Assembly: GCA_039190745.1 (NCBI GenBank)
Contig: JBCCXZ010000072.1
Span: forward strand, 1 to 16,564
Direction: 5' to 3'
DNA from: Planctomycetota bacterium
GTDB lineage: Bacteria; Planctomycetota; Planctomycetia; Pirellulales; Lacipirellulaceae
DNA: 16,564 nucleotides
In this document: positions 7,575-15,629 of the stretch, one piece after another
Numbering within the stretch: position 1 is the stretch's first letter
How the letters are laid out: each line of letters begins with the position of its first letter
Position numbers and translations under genes: made by a program
The notes under the pieces: model-generated
Seen by the model: only the letters and a program-made list of their open reading frames with translations
Told to the model about the DNA's origin: nothing
Database searches by the model: none

Positions 7575-9203
7575 ATGCCCAACGTCATTGTTCTGGACGA
7601 CCTTGCCCAGGAAGGTCTCGACCTGCTGAAGGCCACCGACGGCATCGAGTACGAGGTCCGCACCGGCCTGAAAGGCGACGACCTCCGCGAGGCCCTCAAC
7701 CAGTTCGACGGAGCCATCTGCCGCAGCGGCGTCAAGCTCACCGCCGACATCCTCGAAGGCAACAAACGCCTCAAGGCCGTCGTCCGCGCCGGCGTCGGCA
7801 CCGACAACATCCACAAGCCCACCGCCACACGCGCCGGCATCGTGGTCATGAACACCCCGGCGGGCAACACGCTCAGCACCGCCGAGCACGCCATCGCCCT
7901 GATGCTCTCTCTCTCTCGCAACGTGGCCCCCGCCTACCAAGGCCTGATCGAAGGACGCTGGGACCGCAAGAAATTCATGGGCACGCAGGTCGCCGGAAAG
8001 ACGCTCGGCGTCGTCGGCCTGGGCCGCATCGGCTTGGCTGTCGCCGCCCGAGCCCAGGCCCTCGAGATGCACGTCCTCGGCTACGACCCCTTCATGTCCA
8101 AAGAGCGGGCCAAGTCCCACGGCATCGAGCTCTGCGACAGCGTCGCCGACATCCTTCCCAAGGCCGACTACCTCACCGTCCACACGCCGCTCACCGAGGA
8201 AACCCGCGACACGATCGGCATGCCCGAGCTCGAAGTGATGAAGCCCGGCATGCGGCTGATCAACTGCGCCCGCGGCGGCATCTACAACGAACAGGCGCTC
8301 GTCGCCGGGCTCGAGTCCGGCAAAATCGCCGGCGTCGCGCTCGACGTCTACGCCGAGGAGCCCTGCACCGACAGCCCGCTGTTCGGCATGCCCGGCGTCG
8401 TCTGCACTCCCCACCTCGGCGCGAGCACCGAGGAGGCCCAGACCTCCGTCGCAGTCGAGGCGGTCAGCCTGCTGACCGACTTCCTCAAGACCGGCGCAGT
8501 CCGCCACGCGGTGAACGTCTCGCCCATCGACCCCAAGACGCTCGCCTCGCTCCGGGGCTACCTCGACGTCGCCTACCGCCTCGGCCTGCTGATGGCCGGC
8601 CTCAAAACCGGCGCCGCCTCGTGCTGCAAACTGCTCTACCGCGGCGAACTCGCCTCCAAAGACACCACCCTCCTCAACGCCGCGTTCTCCGCCGGGCTCC
8701 TGCAGCACGCCCTCGACGAAGAACCCAACCTCATCAACGCCGAGATGCTGCTCAAGGAACGCGGCATCGAGCTGGTCGCCGAGTCGCGCAGCGACATGGG
8801 CGCCTTCCGCTCGTCCATGACCGCCGAGATGCAGTGCGACTCCGGCCCCTGCACCGCCACCGGCACCGTGCTCGGCCAGTCGATGCCCCGCCTGGTCGCC
8901 CTGGACGGCTACAAGCTCGAGGCCTACCTCGACGGGTGGCTGCTCGTCTTCAAGCACTCCGACGTGCCCGGCATCATCGGCGGCGTCGGCACCGCCTTCG
9001 GCGAGCACGGCGTGAACATCGGCCAGATGGCCGTGGGCCGCGCCAGCGAGAAGCCCGGCGGCGACGCGGTGGGCATCCTCAACATCGACGGCGAACCGAG
9101 CCCCGAGGCCCTCGAAGCGGTCCGCTCGCTCCCGAACATCTCCACCGCACAGGTCGTCCGACTGCCCGCCGCGGGCGAGCTCCCCTCCTGGATGCAGGGC
9201 TAG
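7575..9203 (+). CDS. serA: D-3-phosphoglycerate dehydrogenase, long form with ASB and ACT domains
   Basis: RAGVGTDNI, NTPAGNTLSTAEH, Rossmann GVVGLGRIG, INCARGG, TPHLGASTEEAQ and a C-terminal ACT-like HSDVPGIIG...VNIGQM. ATG at 7575; follows serC. Confidence 0.97.
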   Translation: MPNVIVLDDLAQEGLDLLKATDGIEYEVRTGLKGDDLREALNQFDGAICRSGVKLTADILEGNKRLKAVVRAGVGTDNIHKPTATRAGIVVMNTPAGNTLSTAEHAIALMLSLSRNVAPAYQGLIEGRWDRKKFMGTQVAGKTLGVVGLGRIGLAVAARAQALEMHVLGYDPFMSKERAKSHGIELCDSVADILPKADYLTVHTPLTEETRDTIGMPELEVMKPGMRLINCARGGIYNEQALVAGLESGKIAGVALDVYAEEPCTDSPLFGMPGVVCTPHLGASTEEAQTSVAVEAVSLLTDFLKTGAVRHAVNVSPIDPKTLASLRGYLDVAYRLGLLMAGLKTGAASCCKLLYRGELASKDTTLLNAAFSAGLLQHALDEEPNLINAEMLLKERGIELVAESRSDMGAFRSSMTAEMQCDSGPCTATGTVLGQSMPRLVALDGYKLEAYLDGWLLVFKHSDVPGIIGGVGTAFGEHGVNIGQMAVGRASEKPGGDAVGILNIDGEPSPEALEAVRSLPNISTAQVVRLPAAGELPSWMQG

Positions 9204-9226
9204 GGACCGCCGCCCTCGAAGCGCAC

Positions 9227-9265
9227 AAAAAAAGACCGCGACCTTTCCGAAACAAGGCCGCGGCC
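9227..9265 (-). terminator. Rho-independent terminator of the PEP-CTERM gene, between convergent genes
   Basis: Minus strand GGCCGCGGCCTT-gtttcgga-AAGGTCGCGGTC-TTTTTTT: a 12-bp stem with two G-U pairs followed by U7. Confidence 0.8.
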
Positions 9266-9299
9266 ACTGCCCGCTTACACGATTACGCTGCTCTCGATT

Positions 9300-10061
9300 T
9301 TAGCGACGACGGAGCGCCGCAAAGCAAGCCACGCAGCCCGCCAAGGCGAACGACCCCGGCTCGGGGATCGCCCGGGGGAACTGCCCCGAGGCCACCAGGT
9401 TGCCGTCGATCGTGATCTGCACCAACGCATCGATCTGCGGGTCGCCCGTCTGCACCGTGACCATGTCCAGCGGAGTGAGGATTTCGACATCGTAAGTCGC
9501 GATCCCGCCCGCAACACCGGCGAGCGTCACCGTTACCGTCGAGTCGTTGATCCCGCCCAGCGTGCGTATCAACGGGTTGGTGTTCAGGTCGACCACAGTG
9601 GGTGAGCCAATACTAGGGGAAACCGTGATCGTCCCCTGGGCGAAGATGATCTCGTGATCGTCCGAGCTGAACATGCCGCTAGTCACCGGCGCCGGCTGGT
9701 TGGCGACGGGCGTCTCGATCCGGCCCTGAATGCCGGCAAGCGACACACTCCCCAAAATCCCAAAGTCGAACGACCCGGCCGAGTGGACGATATCGCCGGG
9801 CTGGCCCAAGAAGTCGAGCGAGTTCACAACCGGGTTCGCGAAGTCGGTAAAGTCGATGTCCAGTTTGGGCTGCAGCTGCCCCTCGTAGGTGATGGTATCA
9901 GTATCCGAGAACCCAAGTGCCGTAACGGTAGTGGTGAAGGTATTGGCGCTGACCGAAGGCGTATCCAGCGGCGCCAGCAGCGAGACCGACTCCGCGAGGG
10001 CCGGCCGGCTAGAGAACAGAAACGCGACCGCCAAAGCCGCGTTAAAACTCATCTTGGTCAT
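9300..10061 (-). CDS. PEP-CTERM sorting domain-containing secreted protein
   Basis: Signal peptide MTKMSFNAALAVAFLFSSRPALA, a Thr/Val/Asp-rich beta-type body, and C-terminal IPEPGSFALAGCVACFAALRRR. GGAG SD upstream of ATG 10061. Confidence 0.92.
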   Translation of the reverse strand: MTKMSFNAALAVAFLFSSRPALAESVSLLAPLDTPSVSANTFTTTVTALGFSDTDTITYEGQLQPKLDIDFTDFANPVVNSLDFLGQPGDIVHSAGSFDFGILGSVSLAGIQGRIETPVANQPAPVTSGMFSSDDHEIIFAQGTITVSPSIGSPTVVDLNTNPLIRTLGGINDSTVTVTLAGVAGGIATYDVEILTPLDMVTVQTGDPQIDALVQITIDGNLVASGQFPRAIPEPGSFALAGCVACFAALRRR

Positions 10062-10373
10062 TGGTTTTCTCCGGGTTTCTTGGTGTCCAACTCTTCGGTG
10101 TCTCGTGGTCGACAACTCCCAGACCAAACGCCCCGGTGCGCAGAGGGCTCCACAAACTGCGGCAGCGTGCGTGCTCAACCGGTCGGTCAGGCAAAGAGAG
10201 AAACGATCAATCCAGATCGTCGCCCGCCAAGGCCAAGCAAGGGGCAGCGGCTAGAAGGAAACGGCGGTGCGGAGGACGGCCCCGGTGCGGGGTCAATCAA
10301 CGTCTCGCAACGGCCGTGTCGGCCACATGAGCGCCCTTAGTAGAAAAAACGTGAGGCAGGCTTACGGAGGTGG

Positions 10374-10402
10374 AGATTAGCCGCCGCGCGGGGCGCGGTC
10401 AA
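10374..10402 (-). promoter_or_regulatory. Putative sigma70 promoter for the PEP-CTERM gene
   Basis: Minus strand TTGACC (10402-10397), 17 nt spacer, TAATCT (10379-10374), preceded by a T-tract. Confidence 0.45.
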
Positions 10403-10428
10403 GAAAAAACCTAAGGAACAAGCCGTTT

Positions 10429-11130
10429 CTAGCACCGTTTCCGACGGCGTGGCGCGCCGTCCGCCCGGCTGGCCAGCGTTTTCTCGATATACGCGGCAGC
10501 GTCCGGAGTTTTGCACCCCGTTTCGCCGTGGTCGACCTCCAGCGGCCCGATCCGGCCGGCCGTCTCCACAGCCGCAACCGCTAGGTCCGGTTTGAACGAC
10601 CCGATCGAAATGAGGGCGTTGTTCATCGCGTGCCGCGCCCGGTTCTGCGAGCCGTGAATCTCAGCCTCGATCGTACCGAGCGCCTCCTTGCACACCGCGT
10701 CTGCTACACCATCGGCGTCGTTGACCAGCAGCGACGCGAGCACCGCATACCCAACCTGTCGCGGGTACTCCCGCTTGCTGCCCGACCATTTCTCGTACCG
10801 GCTGAGCCCCACCGGCGACCGCGCCACCAACCCCGCGAACAAATCCCCCACCATGTAGTAGTCCACCCCGCGCAGCCACCGGTCCGCGGCACTCTTCGTC
10901 AGCTCCGCCGGGTCGGCGACCATCGTCGCCAGGCTCATCGCGTCGGCGTTGCCGGTGGCCCACAGCTCCTCAGCCAGCGCGTGGTCGACGCCGATCTGCT
11001 TCTTGAGCTTCTTCAGTTCCGCGAAGCTCACGCCGAACAGCTCGCCCTGCGCCCCGTGCCGGCGGTAGACTTTCACGTTCTGCGGCGTGCCGGCCTTCTT
11101 GAGCGCAGCGAGCGTCTGCTTGAGGTTCAT
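10429..11130 (-). CDS. DNA alkylation repair protein (AlkD-like HEAT-repeat family)
   Basis: FGVSFAELKKLKKQIGVDHALAEELWATGN.DA..LA, AMNNALISIG and VDHGETGCKTPDA..YI patterns. GGAGG SD (CCTCC 11136-11140) before ATG 11130. Confidence 0.85.
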   Translation of the reverse strand: MNLKQTLAALKKAGTPQNVKVYRRHGAQGELFGVSFAELKKLKKQIGVDHALAEELWATGNADAMSLATMVADPAELTKSAADRWLRGVDYYMVGDLFAGLVARSPVGLSRYEKWSGSKREYPRQVGYAVLASLLVNDADGVADAVCKEALGTIEAEIHGSQNRARHAMNNALISIGSFKPDLAVAAVETAGRIGPLEVDHGETGCKTPDAAAYIEKTLASRADGAPRRRKRC

Positions 11131-11160
11131 CGCAACCTCCTCACTCTCTGAGAACAAACC

Positions 11161-11529
11161 TCACTCGGCGTCCCGGTGCACCGTCTCCGGCGAGAAGGCC
11201 GGCAAACATACCGCCACGTACTCCGCCCCGCCGGCCTCGGGCGTGCTGTAGCGGACCCACTCGCCCGGCGCCGTCACCACCGCCTGCCCGGCCCGCACTT
11301 CGAGGGCCTCACCCCCTTCGTGCTCCACCCGCAGCATGCCGGCGAGCACGACGGTCACCTCCTCAAAGTCCGGCCGCTGCCCCGGCTCAACCCATCCCTG
11401 GGGCGACACCATCCGCGCGACGCTCGCCGCGGTGTGCCCGGAGTTCACCCGCCCGGCGTACTCCTCAATCCGTTTTGGCTTGTTCCCCGCGGCCTCGATG
11501 ACGGCGGGGGATTCGATCAATCTGGGCAT
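11161..11529 (-). CDS. Cupin domain protein
   Basis: MPRLIESPAVIEAAGNKPKRIEEY.GRVNSG...SVARM.SP.GW.EPGQRP.F.E...VL.G.L.VE...GEWVRYSTP...GAEY.AVCLPAFSP.TVHRD, a conserved small cupin type. Confidence 0.88.
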   Translation of the reverse strand: MPRLIESPAVIEAAGNKPKRIEEYAGRVNSGHTAASVARMVSPQGWVEPGQRPDFEEVTVVLAGMLRVEHEGGEALEVRAGQAVVTAPGEWVRYSTPEAGGAEYVAVCLPAFSPETVHRDAE

Positions 11530-11624
11530 ATCGGCTGCTTGGCCTGTGGCGGGTGTGTCTTATCGGAAACCTAGAGATTGCTCGGCGTCGGAACCGCCTG
11601 CTCAGCATAAGGGGGCCCAGCCGG

Positions 11625-11654
11625 TTGCACAATATTAGCAATATGCTAATATTG
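11625..11654 (+). promoter_or_regulatory. higBA promoter overlapped by an 11-bp perfect inverted repeat (probable HigA operator)
   Basis: CAATATTAGCA-ata-TGCTAATATTG (11630-11654). -35 TTGCAC at 11625-11630 and extended -10 TGC-TAATAT at 11644-11652. Confidence 0.8.
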
Positions 11655-11694
11655 CTCTGGGGAAAGGAGCCACGCTTCGGCGAAAGACGGCCCA

Positions 11695-11988
11695 TTGCAC
11701 ATCATCACTCGCAAGGCGCTGAAAGACTTCTGGGAGAAGCACCCGCAGGCCGAAACACCGCTCAGGGAGTGGTTCCGCGTCGTCCGGCAATCCGAGTGGA
11801 AAGGCTTCGCTGAACTGAGGCAGACCTACCCCTCAGCCGACCAAGTCGGGCGGTGCACCGTTTTCAACATCGGCGGCAACAAGTATCGCTTGGTCGTTCG
11901 CATCCAATTCAAATACAGCAAAGTCTACATCCGTCGAGTGCTCACCCACGATCAATACGACCGAGACGATTGGAAAGGGGACTGCTGA
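11695..11988 (+). CDS. higB: Type II TA toxin, HigB family mRNA interferase
   Basis: HIITRKALKDFWEKHPQAETPLREW...W..FAELRQTYPSAD.VG...VFNIGGNKYRLV..I......VYIR.VLTH..YDR..WK. TTG start. Confidence 0.93.
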   Translation: MHIITRKALKDFWEKHPQAETPLREWFRVVRQSEWKGFAELRQTYPSADQVGRCTVFNIGGNKYRLVVRIQFKYSKVYIRRVLTHDQYDRDDWKGDC

Positions 11989-12425
11989 TGCCTTCGTCAA
12001 AACGCACCGACGCCGACGAGTACCTCAAACTCGTCGCCGAGCACCCGCTCCGCCCGATCACCAGCGAGGCGGCCCTGCGGGGGGCGACCCGCATGATGCA
12101 CTCGTTGCTCGACCGGAAGTCGCTGTCGAAGGCCGCCGAAGACTACCTCGACGTCCTCTCTGACTTGGTAGAGAAGTACGAAGAGGCCCGCTACCCGATC
12201 GGCCCCGGAAGCGACGCCGACCTTCTACGCCACCTGATGGACGCCCGGGGCATCACCGCCGCGGAGTTGGCCGAGCACACCGGCATCGTCAGCTCGACGC
12301 TCTCGAATGTGATGACCGGCAAACGGTCGCTCAACCGGGACCACATCGGGGCTTTGATGGGCTTCTTCCACGTCCCCGCTGGTGTTTTTGAGTTCGGCAC
12401 GCGCGTGAACCGTCAGGCCAGTTAG
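11988..12425 (+). CDS. higA: Type II TA antitoxin HigA (C-terminal Xre HTH)
   Basis: TGATG overlap with the toxin stop. PLRPITSE...[17 protein letters not shown] followed by the [40 protein letters not shown]. Confidence 0.92.
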   Translation: MPSSKRTDADEYLKLVAEHPLRPITSEAALRGATRMMHSLLDRKSLSKAAEDYLDVLSDLVEKYEEARYPIGPGSDADLLRHLMDARGITAAELAEHTGIVSSTLSNVMTGKRSLNRDHIGALMGFFHVPAGVFEFGTRVNRQAS

Positions 12426-12480
12426 CGGCCTGCCTAGCCCAGATGGCAATATCGCATCCAGAAGGCGAAACTAGCGGCCC

Positions 12481-12510
12481 TTGCAAGCCAACCGCAGGCC
12501 GCAATAATAC
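12481..12510 (+). promoter_or_regulatory. Putative rpmE-prfA-prmC promoter
   Basis: TTGCAA (12481-12486) followed 16-18 nt later by the AT-rich AATAATAC (12503-12510). Confidence 0.45.
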
Positions 12511-12589
12511 AAGATTGCTAGAGATTTCCACGCCCAACCAGGACGCGGCCCTACCCGGCCAGCCGACCCCCAAACCAAGGCGTTCCGCC

Positions 12590-12820
12590 ATGCAAGCCGA
12601 CATCCACCCCGAGTACCACGTCACCCAGGTCACCTGCGGCTGCGGCACCTCCTTTACCACGCGCAGCACCCGGCCCGAGCTGAAGGTCGACATCTGCAGC
12701 GACTGCCACCCCTTCTACACCGGCAAGCTGAAGTTCGTCGACACCGCCGGCCGCATCGAGAAGTTCAAGAACAAGTTCAAGGGCGCCGGCTACGCCAGCC
12801 TCAAGAAGGGCAAGAAGTAG
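12590..12820 (+). CDS. rpmE: 50S ribosomal protein L31, zinc-binding type
   Basis: MQADIHPEY...TCGCG..F.TRST...[25 protein letters not shown], with all four Zn cysteines. ATG at 12590. Confidence 0.97.
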   Translation: MQADIHPEYHVTQVTCGCGTSFTTRSTRPELKVDICSDCHPFYTGKLKFVDTAGRIEKFKNKFKGAGYASLKKGKK

Positions 12821-12822
12821 CC

Positions 12823-12900
12823 AGGTCAGAGCGACGCCGCCGGACGCCGGTCGCTCCAGCGGCCGGACCTCTCCCCTCTGACCTCCCAGCTCTGCCCCCT
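12823..12900. repeat. Short inverted repeat with internal hairpin and pyrimidine-rich repeat tail between rpmE and prfA
   Basis: AGGTCAGAG (12823-12831) and CTCTGACCT (12876-12884) form a perfect 9-bp IR. Internal CCGGTCGC-tcca-GCGGCCGG hairpin; degenerate TCTGACCT/TCTGCCCC units follow. Confidence 0.5.
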
Positions 12901-12902
12901 CC

Positions 12903-13976
<1,074 letters not shown>

Positions 13977-13983
13977 GCAGTTG

Positions 13984-14166
13984 GACAGGATAACAGGATG
14001 AGCAGGATAGACAGGATGTCGATCCCCGCCCGATCTAGCCGCACGGGGAAATCAGACCTTCTACGAGGTCCGGAGCACAGGGGTCAAAACCCCTCTCCCT
14101 TCATCCTGTCGATCCCCTCTATCCTGTTATCCTGTCAATTCTTCGTGTCTTCGTGCCTTAGTGGTT
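13984..14166. repeat. (CAGGAT)x4 inverted-repeat element enclosing three hairpins, plus an orphan outer arm
   Basis: Left 13984-14018 GACAGGATAACAGGATGAGCAGGATAGACAGGATG; right 14102-14136 CATCCTGTCGATCCCCTCTATCCTGTTATCCTGTC (29/35 complementary); then TTCTTCGTGTCTTCGTGCCTTAGTGGTT at 14139-14166. Confidence 0.85.
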
Positions 14167-14179
14167 CAACCAAGCAGCC

Positions 14180-15058
14180 ATGACCGACGAGCCCTGGACC
14201 ATCGGCCGGCTGCTGAACTGGACGACCGAGTTCCTCACCGAAAAGGGCTCGGCAAGTGCCCGGCTCGACGCCGAGGTGCTGCTCGCCCACGCCCGGGGTT
14301 GCCAGCGGATCGAGCTCTACACCGCCTTTGAAGAAACCGCCGGCGACGACCTCCGCGCAAGCTTCCGAGAGCTGGTCCAACAACGGGCCGCCGGCAAGCC
14401 GGTCGCCTACCTCGTCGGCCACCGCGAGTTCTTCTCGCTGAGCTTCCGCGTCACGCCCGACGTGCTGATCCCCCGGCCGGAGACCGAACAGCTCGTCGTT
14501 CGCGCGCTCGACATCGCCAAGGAAGCGGGCAGCACATCGCTCCGCATCGCCGACATTGGCACAGGCAGCGGCGTCCTCGCGGTCTGCCTCGCCAAGCACC
14601 TCCCCGAGGCCGCCGTCACCGCGACCGACATCAGCCCCGCTGCCATCGAGGTCGCACGCCGGAACGCCGCCGATCACGGCGTCGACGACCGCATCGAGTT
14701 TGTGGAAGCCGACCTGTTCGGCCAGCTGCCCGCCGAGCCCGCATTCGATCTGATCGTCAGCAACCCGCCCTACATCACCACGGCCGAGATGGCGGAGCTC
14801 GACCCCGGCGTGCGCGACTACGAACCCCATGCCGCGCTGCACGGGGGAGGGCAGGGCACCGACGTCATCGAGCGACTGCTCCCCGCCGCCGCCGAGCGCC
14901 TCCGCCCCGGCGGCCGCCTGCTGATCGAAGTCAGCCCCGCCACCGCCGGCCCCGCCGCCTCGCTTGCCGAACAAACCCCGGGCCTGACGCACGTGGAGAC
15001 ACACGCCGACCTCGCCGGCCACCCGCGGGTTGTCGAGTACCTTCGCGAAGAAGGTTAA
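14180..15058 (+). CDS. prmC: Release factor glutamine N5-methyltransferase
   Basis: RLDAEVLLAH, PVAYLVG.REF, VLIPRPETE, SAM motif DIGTGSG, VSNPPY and YEP..AL.GG..G. Directly downstream of prfA. Confidence 0.97.
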   Translation: MTDEPWTIGRLLNWTTEFLTEKGSASARLDAEVLLAHARGCQRIELYTAFEETAGDDLRASFRELVQQRAAGKPVAYLVGHREFFSLSFRVTPDVLIPRPETEQLVVRALDIAKEAGSTSLRIADIGTGSGVLAVCLAKHLPEAAVTATDISPAAIEVARRNAADHGVDDRIEFVEADLFGQLPAEPAFDLIVSNPPYITTAEMAELDPGVRDYEPHAALHGGGQGTDVIERLLPAAAERLRPGGRLLIEVSPATAGPAASLAEQTPGLTHVETHADLAGHPRVVEYLREEG

Positions 15059-15629
15059 ACCACGGAGGCACAGAGGACACAGAGGAAGAAGCGACAGGAT
15101 AACGGGATCAGCAGGATTGACTGGATGAATGGAATTCGGTTGACTCGTTAACACTCGAATCAGTAGGTGCCTTTAGAGATGGTAACTGCCGAGCAATTGC
15201 GATTACGTATTGAAGCCGAGATCGGAGGCGATTGGTCATGCACGAACGGCCACGGCTGTGACCTTCGACAGTGTTTATTCGAACCTGAAAAGCAGTTGTT
15301 TGAGGATTCTGATAATCCACTTTGGCTGCTACTTGAAGAGGATCCGGTATCTCGCGACGGATACAAAGTGGTCTACGACGAATCGACCGGCATGTTCGGG
15401 CTTGCCTGCCGATTCATGTCTGGCCGCAACGGTTACCTCGGTCCGTACGGCGACACTTTCCTTGAGGCATTTAAAGCCATGTGATAACCGATCAAACCAA
15501 GCCTTCTCAATCGATGCCAAGTCTCTGAACCTTCCTGGGCAAGACAGCTATACGATCGATCCTGTAGATCCTGCAAATCCTGTTATCCTGTCCTCCCCTC
15601 TTCTCCGATCTCTCCGGGCCTCCGTGGTT
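15058..15629. mobile_element. Putative non-autonomous element: nested double inverted repeats enclosing one cargo gene
   Basis: Outer arms 15058-15089 (AACCACGGAGGCACAGAGGACACAGAGGAAGA) and 15599-15629 (reverse complement AACCACGGAGGCCCGGAGAGATCGGAGAAGA; terminal 12 bp perfect). Inner arms 15093-15127 and 15558-15592 (28/35 complementary). The repeats are directly visible; mobility is inferred. Confidence 0.55.
15179..15484 (+). CDS. Hypothetical acidic protein (101 aa), cargo of the inverted-repeat element
   Basis: ATG 15179 to TGA 15484 fills the space between the repeat arms. Protein-like sequence (LWLLLEEDP...GYKVVYDE..GMFGLA...YLGPYG.TFLEAFKAM) with many A/T-ending codons unlike the flanking genes. 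Confidence 0.75.
   Translation: MVTAEQLRLRIEAEIGGDWSCTNGHGCDLRQCLFEPEKQLFEDSDNPLWLLLEEDPVSRDGYKVVYDESTGMFGLACRFMSGRNGYLGPYGDTFLEAFKAM

Noticed and set aside
4029..9008. Long ORFs 4029-5831 (+), 4483-5601 (-), 6352-7227 (-) and 7548-9008 (-)
   Set aside because: Shadow or alternative frames of ClC, serC and serA with no recognisable motifs.
10384..10409. CCGCGC/GCGCGG hairpin next to an A-tract as the alkD terminator
   Set aside because: On the minus strand the U-tract precedes the hairpin. The segment fits a promoter spacer better.
14019..14101. tRNA interpretation of the three-hairpin interior
   Set aside because: No T-loop GTTCRA, D-loop GG, 7-nt anticodon loop or acceptor stem with CCA.
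14135..15154. 339-aa minus-strand ORF starting ...HPVNPADPVILSLLPLCPLCLRG
   Set aside because: Antisense to prmC; its N-terminus is simply the translation of the repeat arms.
13984..15629. CRISPR array interpretation of the CAGGAT repeats
   Set aside because: The units are 8-9 nt, abutting, without unique spacers, and arranged as inverted pairs. No cas genes are present.
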